Source: a virus
Reading direction: 5' to 3' (one strand)
Length of the DNA stretch: 64,000 bases
Virus record (IMG/VR): IMGVR_UViG_3300020462_000004
Span: 3,393 to 67,392 of that record
Part shown: piece after piece, positions 19,677 to 28,905 of the stretch
Layout: each line of letters begins with the position of its first letter
Position numbering within the stretch: the first letter of the stretch is position 1
Position numbers and translations under genes: made by a program
Notes under the pieces: model-generated
Database searches by the model: none
What the model saw: the letters and a program-made list of their open reading frames with translations, nothing else
Told to the model about the DNA's origin: nothing

Positions 19677-19708
19677 TGATTTTATAATTTTAAAAAAGGT
19701 TTAGAAAA

Positions 19709-20278
19709 ATGTTAGGTAGTATTGACACTGGTGGATTTTCTGAGGCAGGTAAAGCTGCCATGATGGATTCTGATTATTTTAACCCAAAAAAAGGATCTAA
19801 AGGTTTTGCATCAGGTGCAAGAGATTTTTTAGGTCAGGCTATAAATGATGCGTTCATAGATAAAGAGTCACCATACTATTTTGATCAGGAAAAAAAATCA
19901 TATAGAGAAGAAGAAAAAGCAAGTCTTGAGGACAGAATTGCTCAATATCTTGACAAATTTGAGAGTGGTGGTGGAGATGCTTTTTCTAATGTTGGTCCTG
20001 GATTTTTTGTTAGTAATCCAAACAATTCTGCTAGAGATGCAGCAATACTCCAACAAAATCAAGCTGAACTACAAAAAGAACCTAGTGTTGTTAGAAAAGC
20101 TGGAAGTGCTTTAGTCAATGCTGGTATTGGTGCATTAGCAACTAAAGCATTATCTTTCCTTCCTTTTTTCTGTGATATTAGATTAAAAGAGGATATTGCT
20201 CCACTTTGTGTATCTGATGTAAATGACCAATTATCAGAATGTGCGTTCTTTGTAAAAGCTTTAAATGAGTGCTCTTGA
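19709..20278 (+). CDS. Probable internal virion protein ending in the first part of a Peptidase S74 intramolecular chaperone
   Basis: Hydrophobic GxLxxAGIGAL segment, then CDIRLKEDI (cf. SDxRLKxNI). Confidence 0.65.
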   Translation: MLGSIDTGGFSEAGKAAMMDSDYFNPKKGSKGFASGARDFLGQAINDAFIDKESPYYFDQEKKSYREEEKASLEDRIAQYLDKFESGGGDAFSNVGPGFFVSNPNNSARDAAILQQNQAELQKEPSVVRKAGSALVNAGIGALATKALSFLPFFCDIRLKEDIAPLCVSDVNDQLSECAFFVKALNECS

Positions 20279-20489
20279 GAAGTTAAGACAATTAGAACCT
20301 ATTCAGTTTAGGTATAAAAAAGAACTAGATCCAGAACAAAGACTTAGAGGAGGTTTCTCTGCACAGCAAGTACAAAAAATCATTCCAGAGGCTGTTGTAG
20401 AAGTAGAAGGTATTTTGATGTTAGATATGAATGTTTTAAATAAATATATGATAGAAGCAAAAGAAGAACTAAAGTCTAAGAATAGTTAA
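20265..20489 (+). CDS. Stand-alone remainder of a Peptidase S74 chaperone domain
   Basis: ALEKLRQLEPIQFRYK...GFSAQQVQKIIPEAV...IEAKEEL. Confidence 0.75.
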   Translation: MSALEKLRQLEPIQFRYKKELDPEQRLRGGFSAQQVQKIIPEAVVEVEGILMLDMNVLNKYMIEAKEELKSKNS

Positions 20490-20527
20490 TTTAGAATATT
20501 TCTAACAAGAATTTTATAAAAGAGAAA

Positions 20528-21292
20528 ATGGCAATTCCGTTAGCAGGTATGTTTATGCCAGCATTATCTAAAGTAGGAGCTTTAAATTTACCTTTACTTC
20601 TTAGAGCAGCTGGTATTACTGCAGGTGCAGCCCCTTCATTGATGAGAGGAGATTTAGGAGGAGCAGTAGTTGGTGGTGGATTAGGAGCTTTAGGTACTAC
20701 TGGATTAGGTAAGACTGCAGCTAACCTTGGGACAAAAGCTGGAATGAAAGCTGCACAAATGGCTGGTGGTGAAGGTCTTAAAGCAACCGCTGCAGGTATT
20801 TTAGGTAGAGCAGCTGTACCCTTGGGATTAGGTGCTGTAGCTGGAGGATCAACAGCGAATGTTTTAGGTGGACCAGCTAAGAATGTTGCTAGTGGAGCTG
20901 CTGGATTAGCAGGATATGGAACAATTGGAAATGAAGGTATGGGAGGAGTCCCTTTACCACTTGGAATGAGTCCTTATGGAACTGTGGGTCCAACAGGTCT
21001 TCCTCTTGATGTTATTAATCCACTTGGTTACGATGCTGGTAGAAGACTAAGAACTCAAAAAGATGCTGAATCTCTAAGAGATGCAACAAACATTGTTCTG
21101 CCAACACTACGTAAGTTTTCTGAGCAAGCTAAAAAAGATGACTTTGCAAGAAGTATGGCTTCAAGAGGTATTGCTCAAAATATTGCAACTAATGCACTAT
21201 TGACTCAAGGAATGGCTGAAGCTGCAAGAAACTTGGGAACTACAGCTGCTCAGCAAGCTGGTCAGGCTTTGACAAATCAGTACATCTACTAA
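20528..21292 (+). CDS. Probable DNA ejection/pilot protein with glycine-zipper hydrophobic segments
   Basis: GGAVVGGGLGALG and similar GxxxG runs; Ala/Gln-rich C-terminus. Confidence 0.55.
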   Translation: MAIPLAGMFMPALSKVGALNLPLLLRAAGITAGAAPSLMRGDLGGAVVGGGLGALGTTGLGKTAANLGTKAGMKAAQMAGGEGLKATAAGILGRAAVPLGLGAVAGGSTANVLGGPAKNVASGAAGLAGYGTIGNEGMGGVPLPLGMSPYGTVGPTGLPLDVINPLGYDAGRRLRTQKDAESLRDATNIVLPTLRKFSEQAKKDDFARSMASRGIAQNIATNALLTQGMAEAARNLGTTAAQQAGQALTNQYIY

Positions 21293-21293
21293 A

Positions 21294-22181
21294 ATGAGTA
21301 TTTTTGATCAACTTTTAGAAACCACTGGAATTGACTTTGGGACTGCTCAAAGAGGTGTTCAGCCAATGAAAGAAGCAGTAAAAAAAATGAGTATAGAAGA
21401 TTTATCTGAACTTGCTAAAGTTTATGGTGGATTAGATAAAATTCCAGATAGCCTAAAAGCTTTTAACACTACTCAAGAAGGTGGAATAAAAAAAATTGAC
21501 TCAAGATTTAATATAAAAGGGTTAGGTAAAGATGAAGAGCTTAGATTATTACCGGGTACCGATAGTTTTGGTAAAGAAGGTAAATATTATGTAAGTAAAA
21601 AAGACGCACCAAAACTTGGTGGACTTGGAAGTGTAGCTGGAGGGATAGTTGATACAATAACTCTCCAAAATACAGATTTAGATAGATTAGGCACGGATTT
21701 TGGTGCTAAACCAAAGATAGTTGATATAAATAATCCTTCTAATTATTTAGTTAGTCAAGCTCAAAAATCTGCAATTGCTAATGCTTTAGAACAAGCAGGA
21801 GTAGATACAGGTTTAAGTGAAACTTCCAATCCCTTGGGTAACGCAGAGGCTCAATTAAATTTTTTAGAAAAGAATGCTGATCGAATAGATAAATTATATA
21901 GAGATCGGGCAAAAGGAGCTGCTTTTGATGAATTTTTGAATTATACTTTGACGGAACCAGCTAGACGAAAGAATTTAGAAAAAGCAAGAGCTATTGCGAT
22001 AAACCAAGATATTCAGGCACAATTAGCAAAACAAGCGTTGCCAAATGAGCTACAGTCACGTTTGTTGGCAGCTGATTCAGGGTTTGCTCAAAAAGCTGCT
22101 GCACTTGCAGGTCAAGCCGATGCAGCTTCAAGAATGGCTGCGGTTGGTGTATTCCCAAGAAACGTAGGTTTCAGTGTATAA
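21294..22181 (+). CDS. Probable internal virion protein
   Basis: ORF track; Ala/Gln-rich helical C-terminus. Confidence 0.55.
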   Translation: MSIFDQLLETTGIDFGTAQRGVQPMKEAVKKMSIEDLSELAKVYGGLDKIPDSLKAFNTTQEGGIKKIDSRFNIKGLGKDEELRLLPGTDSFGKEGKYYVSKKDAPKLGGLGSVAGGIVDTITLQNTDLDRLGTDFGAKPKIVDINNPSNYLVSQAQKSAIANALEQAGVDTGLSETSNPLGNAEAQLNFLEKNADRIDKLYRDRAKGAAFDEFLNYTLTEPARRKNLEKARAIAINQDIQAQLAKQALPNELQSRLLAADSGFAQKAAALAGQADAASRMAAVGVFPRNVGFSV

Positions 22182-22222
22182 AATAGTCTAAGTTAAAATT
22201 GAAATATTAGTTTAAGAAAAAA

Positions 22223-23098
22223 ATGGAAGAAGAAGCATTAGGTAACATAGTTGTTCAAGTACCAACTCAGTCTGCAGACATGCAGTTACTTTTGAATGAA
22301 ACTGCTCAAAAACAACAAAGAAATAATCAAGCATTTGGGGCAGAGTTAGATCGAATAAATGCGGAATTCTTTTCTGATTTAGATATACAGAGAACACAGG
22401 CAACTGGAGCAGAAAATAGATTAACAACAATGACTGCTGGACAAGAGGCCAGAGACACAGAAACAAATAGAGCTTTACAAGAGAGAGCTACTTCAGCTCA
22501 AATAGCAGGACAACAAGAAAGACAAATAGGTTTAAGAGGTCAAGAAGAAAGAGCTATTCTACGAACACAAGGGACTGAATCAAGAGATTTAAGAAGAACA
22601 GAAGGTCAACAGACACGTTTGACCGAAGAGAGAAGAGGTTTAGAGCAAAGAGCTGGAATAAGAGAAACAGGACTACAAGATCGTCTTGGACAAGTAGAGG
22701 CTGGAAGACAGCAAAGAGCAGGAATTAGAACTACTGGACAAGAAACTAGAGCTTCAACAAGAGTTACAGGAGAAGAGCAGAGAGCTGGTATGAGAACTAC
22801 TGGACAGGAAACTAGAGCGACTACCAGAGTAACTGGACAAGAGCAGAGAGCAGGTATCAGAACAACTGGAGAACAAGATAGAGCTTTAAGAAGAACCTCT
22901 GGAGAAGAAACTAGAGCTACTACCAGAGTTACTGGAGAAGAACAGAGAGCTGGCATTAGAACTACTGGTCAAGAACAAAGACAAACTGTTAGCAGAACAG
23001 CACAAGAACAAAGAACTTCAGACTTGCAAAGAGAGATGTTTAGACGCTATAAAGAAAATAGAGATTTCGAACAAGCAACAGGTTCCTATAGAGTATGA
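22223..23098 (+). CDS. 11-residue tandem-repeat protein
   Basis: Repeats RxTG(Q/E)E(Q/T)RAxx with a 33-nt DNA period. Confidence 0.8.
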   Translation: MEEEALGNIVVQVPTQSADMQLLLNETAQKQQRNNQAFGAELDRINAEFFSDLDIQRTQATGAENRLTTMTAGQEARDTETNRALQERATSAQIAGQQERQIGLRGQEERAILRTQGTESRDLRRTEGQQTRLTEERRGLEQRAGIRETGLQDRLGQVEAGRQQRAGIRTTGQETRASTRVTGEEQRAGMRTTGQETRATTRVTGQEQRAGIRTTGEQDRALRRTSGEETRATTRVTGEEQRAGIRTTGQEQRQTVSRTAQEQRTSDLQREMFRRYKENRDFEQATGSYRV

Positions 23099-23580
23099 AG
23101 AAATGGATTCAGTCTTTAAATAATAAAGATCGTGAATCCTTTCTTGAATTTTGCAAAAAGTCATCATCTCCAATACAGATATATTTATTTGCTCGATTTT
23201 TAGGATTTCAAGGGACGATAGTGGAATGTAATGAATGGTCGGAAAAAGAATTTAAAAAGAGAAATTTTCATTTAGTTTTAGAGAGTGAAATAGATAATAT
23301 GCAAGATGATATTTCAAAATTGAGGCAAGCTATTGATATGGGTTTAGTTAAACAGGATATGGGTGCTGCAAGGATTGCTATGCTCCAAAAAGAATTACGT
23401 GGAGCAATAAAACAATTAGATGATAAAAAAGTTCTTATGGATAAACAAGGATTAATTCTTGCTGGAGCTGATAGAGCATTAAGAGAAATGTTATCTATCT
23501 TTAGAGATGATCCTATTGAAGGACCATTACAGGAAGCATCTATGGGAGTATGGACAAAAATACTTCAAGAAGAATCTTAA
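23095..23580 (+). CDS. Putative terminase small subunit
   Basis: 161-aa helical protein immediately upstream of TerL; positional inference only. Confidence 0.45.
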   Translation: MKKWIQSLNNKDRESFLEFCKKSSSPIQIYLFARFLGFQGTIVECNEWSEKEFKKRNFHLVLESEIDNMQDDISKLRQAIDMGLVKQDMGAARIAMLQKELRGAIKQLDDKKVLMDKQGLILAGADRALREMLSIFRDDPIEGPLQEASMGVWTKILQEES

Positions 23581-23604
23581 GAGAAAATAGGCTATGCTAC
23601 GAAC

Positions 23605-25128
23605 ATGGCAGGTACAAGTATTTACAGCGTCTATAGACGCACAGCTAGAGCAGCTGCAAAACAACAGGTTGTTAAAAAAACTTCTAATGTAGATGTTGAA
23701 AAGGCTAGAAAAAATTTTGCATATTTTTGTGATGTTGTAGGGGGGAAGCCTCCAGCTGAACACCATCTTGAATGGCATAAATATCTCTGTACAGGTGATG
23801 ATAGTGTTTGTCTAAAAAGTATTGCCGGTCCAAATATAGATATACTTGCTCCAAGAGGATCTGCTAAATCTACAGTTTTAGGTTTATATACAGCCTGGTC
23901 TATTGGCATACATGCTTTAAATAAAATGCCTTTAAAAATTTTATATATTTCTTATACTGTTGATGTAGCTAGACCTAAGAGTGCAGCAATAAAAAGAATT
24001 ATCGAAGAGAGTAAAATTTATAAAGAAATTTTTCCGATGGTAAAGATTGCTAAGGGAATAAATTCTAACGAATATTGGAGTATAGATTGGAAATTTGCAG
24101 GAATAAAATCCACTGGTGAAGAAGAGTTCAGTGTATGTTGTGCTGGATTGAAAGGTGCAGTTACATCAAAAAGATCACACCTCTGCATAATTGATGACGC
24201 AATAAAAAGTTCAGACGATATTAAAAATAAAGACATAAGACAAGCTATGGAAGATAACTGGAATGCTGTTATTGTTCCAACTATGTTTGAAGGTGCAAGA
24301 GCTATTTGTTTAGGAACTAGATTTAGACATGATGATATTCACAGCACAACTTTCTTACCTTCTAGTGGATGGAAACAAATAGTACAATCTGCCATAACTG
24401 TAGATGAAGAAGGAGAAGAAACATCTTACTGGCCGGATATGTGGTCACTTGAATATTTAAGTGAAAGAAGAAGAACTGCTCCAGTTGCATTTAGTTTTCA
24501 ATATCAAAATCAAATTGTTCAGACTAGTGAATTATCTCTTTCTCCTGATCTGATTGTTAAAGGAACTATATCTACAGAGTTTGATACTTTAGGAGTTGGA
24601 GTAGATTTATCGGCTGGTGTTAGAGAACAAAATGATTATACAGTTTTTGTTATGGGTGGAAGAGTAAAAGATAAAATTCACATCATAGATTGTAAAAGAG
24701 TGAGAGTTATGGGGAATTTAGAAAAATTAGAACTTTTAATGGAAATGATGGAGGAGTGGGGAATAATTCATAAAGATGGAAAAAATTATTTTCCTACAGG
24801 TAGTTCAATAGATGTTTGGTCAGAAGCTGTTGCATATCAAGCTTCGTTAGAAGCAGATTTTAAAAGGATTTGTTTACAGGAACAAGGTTTATACAATTTA
24901 ATTTGGCATCCAGTAAAAGGTTTTCGTGGAGATAAAGTTGCAAGATTTCGAGGAATTATGGGACTTTTTGAACAAAGAAAAATCATTTTTAATAAATATC
25001 GAAAAATGACTTATTTAACAGATGAGATTGTAAATTTCGGGGTTAGCTCACATGATGATTGTGTAGATGCCTTAGTGTGGCTATGTAATGGGTTAATGAC
25101 TCGTGGAAAACTTGAGTTAGAGTATTGA
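23605..25128 (+). CDS. terL: Terminase large subunit
   Basis: Walker A APRGSAKST, Walker B IIDD, GTR motif, nuclease motifs GVDLS and HDDCVDAL. Confidence 0.95.
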   Translation: MAGTSIYSVYRRTARAAAKQQVVKKTSNVDVEKARKNFAYFCDVVGGKPPAEHHLEWHKYLCTGDDSVCLKSIAGPNIDILAPRGSAKSTVLGLYTAWSIGIHALNKMPLKILYISYTVDVARPKSAAIKRIIEESKIYKEIFPMVKIAKGINSNEYWSIDWKFAGIKSTGEEEFSVCCAGLKGAVTSKRSHLCIIDDAIKSSDDIKNKDIRQAMEDNWNAVIVPTMFEGARAICLGTRFRHDDIHSTTFLPSSGWKQIVQSAITVDEEGEETSYWPDMWSLEYLSERRRTAPVAFSFQYQNQIVQTSELSLSPDLIVKGTISTEFDTLGVGVDLSAGVREQNDYTVFVMGGRVKDKIHIIDCKRVRVMGNLEKLELLMEMMEEWGIIHKDGKNYFPTGSSIDVWSEAVAYQASLEADFKRICLQEQGLYNLIWHPVKGFRGDKVARFRGIMGLFEQRKIIFNKYRKMTYLTDEIVNFGVSSHDDCVDALVWLCNGLMTRGKLELEY

Positions 25129-25156
25129 CCAATTAAACTATTAGTATTAACAAACA

Positions 25157-25339
25157 ATGGCACCAACGTATTACAAAATTGAATTAGAGCAAGATGCTTA
25201 TGGGTCTGCTGTAATTCCTCTTCCTGATGAACTATGCCACGATCTGGCACTTGAACCTAATGAAAGGTTTGAAGTAGAATGTGAGGGAGATGTGATCACA
25301 TTAAAACGTGTTCACGCTGGATACACCATTGATCAGTAA
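25157..25339 (+). CDS. AbrB/MazE/SpoVT-type DNA-binding protein
   Basis: GSAVIPLPDELCHDLALEPNERFEVECEGDVITLK matches the swapped-hairpin pattern. Confidence 0.7.
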   Translation: MAPTYYKIELEQDAYGSAVIPLPDELCHDLALEPNERFEVECEGDVITLKRVHAGYTIDQ

Positions 25340-25356
25340 ACTAGGTTCTTAATCTA

Positions 25357-27600
25357 ATGAGTGAAAGTAATAGCAAATCTGTTCTGGAGGATATGATTAA
25401 ATCCGTCATTAATAAGGACGGTAAGGGAACTGCAGACACCATGCTAATTAGTTCTCATTTATCCCAGATGAAGATGTTTGGGATTAGACAGGGTGTTGAA
25501 TATTATCCACTGCAGGATAATCTGGGAACTCAGAGATTTGATTTCATACAACAAGTAATTAAATTTAATCAGTTGGATGCAAGATTAGATGCAATATGGG
25601 ATAGATTTTTAGTTTACGGAAAAGGATTATTTTATATAAGACCAACAGAAAAATCCTACAGACTTTATTGGTTTAACAAAGATTCTTATAGGACATATTA
25701 TTCTCCAGAAGGAGAGCTTGAAGAAGTAATTATTATTTATCCTTATAAGGTTAGATCATCTAAAGGATTTTCTGGAGTTGGTTTAAATACAGATAAAAGA
25801 TATATGAGATTGAAAATAACTGCAAAAGAAGTAGAAGAATTTCATAGTGAACAAGAAATAACATTTGAACAAGAAAATATAAATTTTGCGACCTTTGATA
25901 AAAAAGTTGTAGAAAATACTATGGAGTTTATTCCATGTGTAGAAGTATTTAATAATCCAGATGCTTTTGGAACTGACGGATCAGGCGAGTTTGATTTTTT
26001 ATCAAATCAAATTGTTGCTCATGATGAAATGGTTAAAAATATAAGAGCAAATTTATCATTCTTTGGTAATCCAACTTTATTATCTTCTCGACCAAAACAG
26101 GACATTGTAGAGAATGATGATACAGCAGTTCAAAGACCTAGCATATCAAGTCAGTCTGGGTTTGCTTCAGATGTCAATCTTTTCAGTTCTACATATAAAT
26201 CAGATCCCGTAACAAGATCTCCTGCTGGTTACACTGGAAAGCCAGGATCTGGTATGAGAGTTCCAAGAGTTATTGCTAATTTGGAGCCTTCAGATCGTGT
26301 AGGATTTATAACTCCTAATCCTGTTGGTTCAGATCAAGCTAGATATACAGAACAATTAAGAAGTGAAATTAGATTAGCTCTTGGTGGTATTGATGATCTC
26401 AGTATTACTAACGTAACAGCAACTGAAATTAAATCAGCATATGGTCGAGTAAGTGCCACTGCTAAAAAGAAATGTTTACAGATTTATACCTATGGAATTT
26501 GTAGATGCTTCGAATTAATGATTTTTCATGAAGAACAAATTTTTAGAAAATCACTTGCTTTTTCTGTAGGTCTAAAAGTACCTGTTCCACCAGAAGATGT
26601 AGAAGATCAAAAACAAGTAGATAAATTTAGAAAACAAAAAGCAAAATACGAACAAAAATTACAAGAGGCTATTGATCTTGCAATAGATACACAAGAGATT
26701 CCAAATAATGTTGTAGGGCTTGCTCCCGATGGAGATAGGACGGTACTTTGGAGATGGATGGGTCCTGTGTATGAAGATACGGCACAGGATAAATTAAACC
26801 AATCTATCTTTACAAGAAACCTTCAAGAATTGGGGGTTGATAGTATAGAAGCACTGAAGTATTTATTTCCTTCTAAAACTGATGACGAAATTGCTGGGAT
26901 GCTTTCCGGCTTTCCATTCAGAATGGTAGGAGAGGTACAAAGGGCGTATTCATCATTTATTGATCTAATAAATCAAGAGATGAGGACTCCGCACCCACAA
27001 CAGCCAAACCTACCAATGGCCGCAGATCCTCGTCTTGATCTAACTCCATTTTTATACAGAACATTAGAATCATTACAGAAAGAGGTAACTTATGCAGGAC
27101 GCTACCGCAGCTCAGACCCAATCAGCACCCCAAGTATCCCAGACCCCACAGACCAGCTACGTGGCTCCTCAGACAGCAGCCCAAGCACCTTCCGTAGGGA
27201 CTTCCCCCCAATGGGTGGCACCGACAACAGCACAGGTGGCACCAGCACCACAAGTGCAAGCCCAGATGGGGGTTCAGGGTTACCAATCAACCCCTACAGC
27301 GTACAGCCCCCAAGTACCACAGGCGACTCCACAAGCGGAGAACCCTTACAAGGACGCATTTACGAAGGTGGTAGGGCTCCTGAGTTCACCAGTCCAATTC
27401 CCGTTCCAGGGTCAACAGTCTCCAAACACACCAGCAGTAGACCAGGGCAACTACGGATACCCACAAACAACCCAGTACAGCAATCCGGCTCAGCAGACTT
27501 ATACGCCTTCGAGCAACAACAGCCAGGGGTACTCCAGCAACTCTTCCCAAGTTTCTTCGGAGATAACAGACCAGCAGCTAAGGGCAAACGGAGTAAGTGA
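25357..27600 (+). CDS. Portal protein
   Basis: Size and position between TerL and scaffold/capsid; helical core; low-complexity C-terminal extension overlapping the next gene. Confidence 0.75.
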   Translation: MSESNSKSVLEDMIKSVINKDGKGTADTMLISSHLSQMKMFGIRQGVEYYPLQDNLGTQRFDFIQQVIKFNQLDARLDAIWDRFLVYGKGLFYIRPTEKSYRLYWFNKDSYRTYYSPEGELEEVIIIYPYKVRSSKGFSGVGLNTDKRYMRLKITAKEVEEFHSEQEITFEQENINFATFDKKVVENTMEFIPCVEVFNNPDAFGTDGSGEFDFLSNQIVAHDEMVKNIRANLSFFGNPTLLSSRPKQDIVENDDTAVQRPSISSQSGFASDVNLFSSTYKSDPVTRSPAGYTGKPGSGMRVPRVIANLEPSDRVGFITPNPVGSDQARYTEQLRSEIRLALGGIDDLSITNVTATEIKSAYGRVSATAKKKCLQIYTYGICRCFELMIFHEEQIFRKSLAFSVGLKVPVPPEDVEDQKQVDKFRKQKAKYEQKLQEAIDLAIDTQEIPNNVVGLAPDGDRTVLWRWMGPVYEDTAQDKLNQSIFTRNLQELGVDSIEALKYLFPSKTDDEIAGMLSGFPFRMVGEVQRAYSSFIDLINQEMRTPHPQQPNLPMAADPRLDLTPFLYRTLESLQKEVTYAGRYRSSDPISTPSIPDPTDQLRGSSDSSPSTFRRDFPPMGGTDNSTGGTSTTSASPDGGSGLPINPYSVQPPSTTGDSTSGEPLQGRIYEGGRAPEFTSPIPVPGSTVSKHTSSRPGQLRIPTNNPVQQSGSADLYAFEQQQPGVLQQLFPSFFGDNRPAAKGKRSK

Positions 27601-28105
27601 AGCCAGCCTTGAAGTCATTAATCATTTTGGTGCTGATGCTCCAGCAGTTTTAAATAATTATGCCTGTCAGATTGAAGATTCACTAATAACAACTAATCAG
27701 CAATTAAGTGAAGCTGTAAGTCTACTAAAAGAAATGTCACAAGAGCATAAAGCTTATGAACAGATCTTGACAGACCCAGATGTATTAGCTGATTACACAT
27801 GTGAGTTCTTTGGACAAAATGGACCATATCCAGTAGAAGAAGATCAGGCTGCACCTAAGCAGGCTCCCTCATTTGCAGGTCAACAGTTCCAAAATCCACA
27901 GGCTCAGGCTCAAGCACAAACTCAGGCTCCTGTAAGACCAGATATGCCTGTACCTCCAGCTCCACAGACTCCAGCTGATCCTGGTGACTTCTGGAAGGAC
28001 TTCGGAGGAGCTACTGATAGAGATCCTCAGAACGCATGGAGATATTTAAATGCTGCTCAACAAAATCCTGAAGTATTCCGTCAGAAACTTCTTGTGATGG
28101 AGTAA
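27092..28105 (+). CDS. Putative capsid scaffolding protein
   Basis: AGAGGT RBS before ATG; Gln/Pro/Ala-rich with a central coiled coil; lies between portal and capsid. Confidence 0.65.
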   Translation: MQDATAAQTQSAPQVSQTPQTSYVAPQTAAQAPSVGTSPQWVAPTTAQVAPAPQVQAQMGVQGYQSTPTAYSPQVPQATPQAENPYKDAFTKVVGLLSSPVQFPFQGQQSPNTPAVDQGNYGYPQTTQYSNPAQQTYTPSSNNSQGYSSNSSQVSSEITDQQLRANGVSEASLEVINHFGADAPAVLNNYACQIEDSLITTNQQLSEAVSLLKEMSQEHKAYEQILTDPDVLADYTCEFFGQNGPYPVEEDQAAPKQAPSFAGQQFQNPQAQAQAQTQAPVRPDMPVPPAPQTPADPGDFWKDFGGATDRDPQNAWRYLNAAQQNPEVFRQKLLVME

Positions 28106-28113
28106 AGCTAAAA

Positions 28114-28140
28114 GGGGTGGGCTTCCACCCCATTTTATTT
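28114..28140 (+). terminator. Probable intrinsic terminator
   Basis: GGGGTGG-GCTT-CCACCCC followed by ATTTTATTT. Confidence 0.6.
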
Positions 28141-28146
28141 TTTAAT

Positions 28147-28572
28147 ATGAAAAAGAAAAAAAGTACAACTGAAAAAACTGATAAATTTTTGACAGGTTTA
28201 GGAACTGCTGGTGGAGCTATTGGTTCTCCACAGTTAGTTGGTTTTGGTGGTGCTGATGTTCAAAGACAAGTTATGTCTGGAAATATAGATGAATATCAAA
28301 ATATAAGAATGAGACAGGGAGATACAAGAATAGGTGAAGCACTTCCGATGCCTTCTGACTTAGACGCATCATATTTAAAATTAAATTTACCCGGATCTCC
28401 TTTACCTCAAAATGCTTTATTAGCTTCCAGTAATATCAATAGAGCTCAACAGATACAAGAAATGGTTATGTCACAAGGTCAAATGTTCTTAACACAATAT
28501 TTACCTGCTGCAGGATTGAGTCAATTACCTGTAGGTCAGCCTCCATTAGAATCAAAAAAAGGTAAGAAGTAA
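28147..28572 (+). CDS. Hypothetical protein
   Basis: Likely start MKKKKST at 28147, downstream of the hairpin. Confidence 0.6.
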   Translation: MKKKKSTTEKTDKFLTGLGTAGGAIGSPQLVGFGGADVQRQVMSGNIDEYQNIRMRQGDTRIGEALPMPSDLDASYLKLNLPGSPLPQNALLASSNINRAQQIQEMVMSQGQMFLTQYLPAAGLSQLPVGQPPLESKKGKK

Positions 28573-28797
28573 ATGGAACACAAAAAAGCTAAAAAAGCAA
28601 AAAAAATGGCAGAAGATGCTATAAGAATGATGGCTCTTGAAGAACAAATGGCTCAAATGAATCAACCTGATTTACAGCCAGAAGATGGATATATCAACCC
28701 AATGGGAAGAATAGGAACTGTACCTCCTTCTACATATTCTTTAGGAAATATGTTAAATGGAACTACAACTCAATCGGTGATAAATCCAGAAACTTAA
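28573..28797 (+). CDS. Hypothetical protein
   Basis: ORF track. Confidence 0.6.
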   Translation: MEHKKAKKAKKMAEDAIRMMALEEQMAQMNQPDLQPEDGYINPMGRIGTVPPSTYSLGNMLNGTTTQSVINPET

Positions 28798-28905
28798 ATA
28801 AGTAGAATATTAAGTCAATTTATAATTATAACTAATGGAATTTATTTTCCAGTATACAGAGCACATTCAGTGTTCGCAATCAGCAAACCTAGCTGAAATT
28901 CAAAA

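Noticed and set aside
20260-20266. Slippery heptamer T TTA AAT that might fuse the two S74 halves
   Set aside because: A -1 shift meets TGA immediately; the downstream ORF is in the +1 frame and is preceded by an in-frame TAA.
22606-22956. Antisense ORF here and similar shadows (2860, 9367, 35242, 37867, 38239, 39408, 44496, 46810)
   Set aside because: They mirror well-supported genes on the opposite strand and have no independent motifs.
22600-23010. 33-nt periodic DNA repeats as a CRISPR array
   Set aside because: No constant repeat/unique spacer alternation; the variation follows codon positions of an 11-aa protein repeat.
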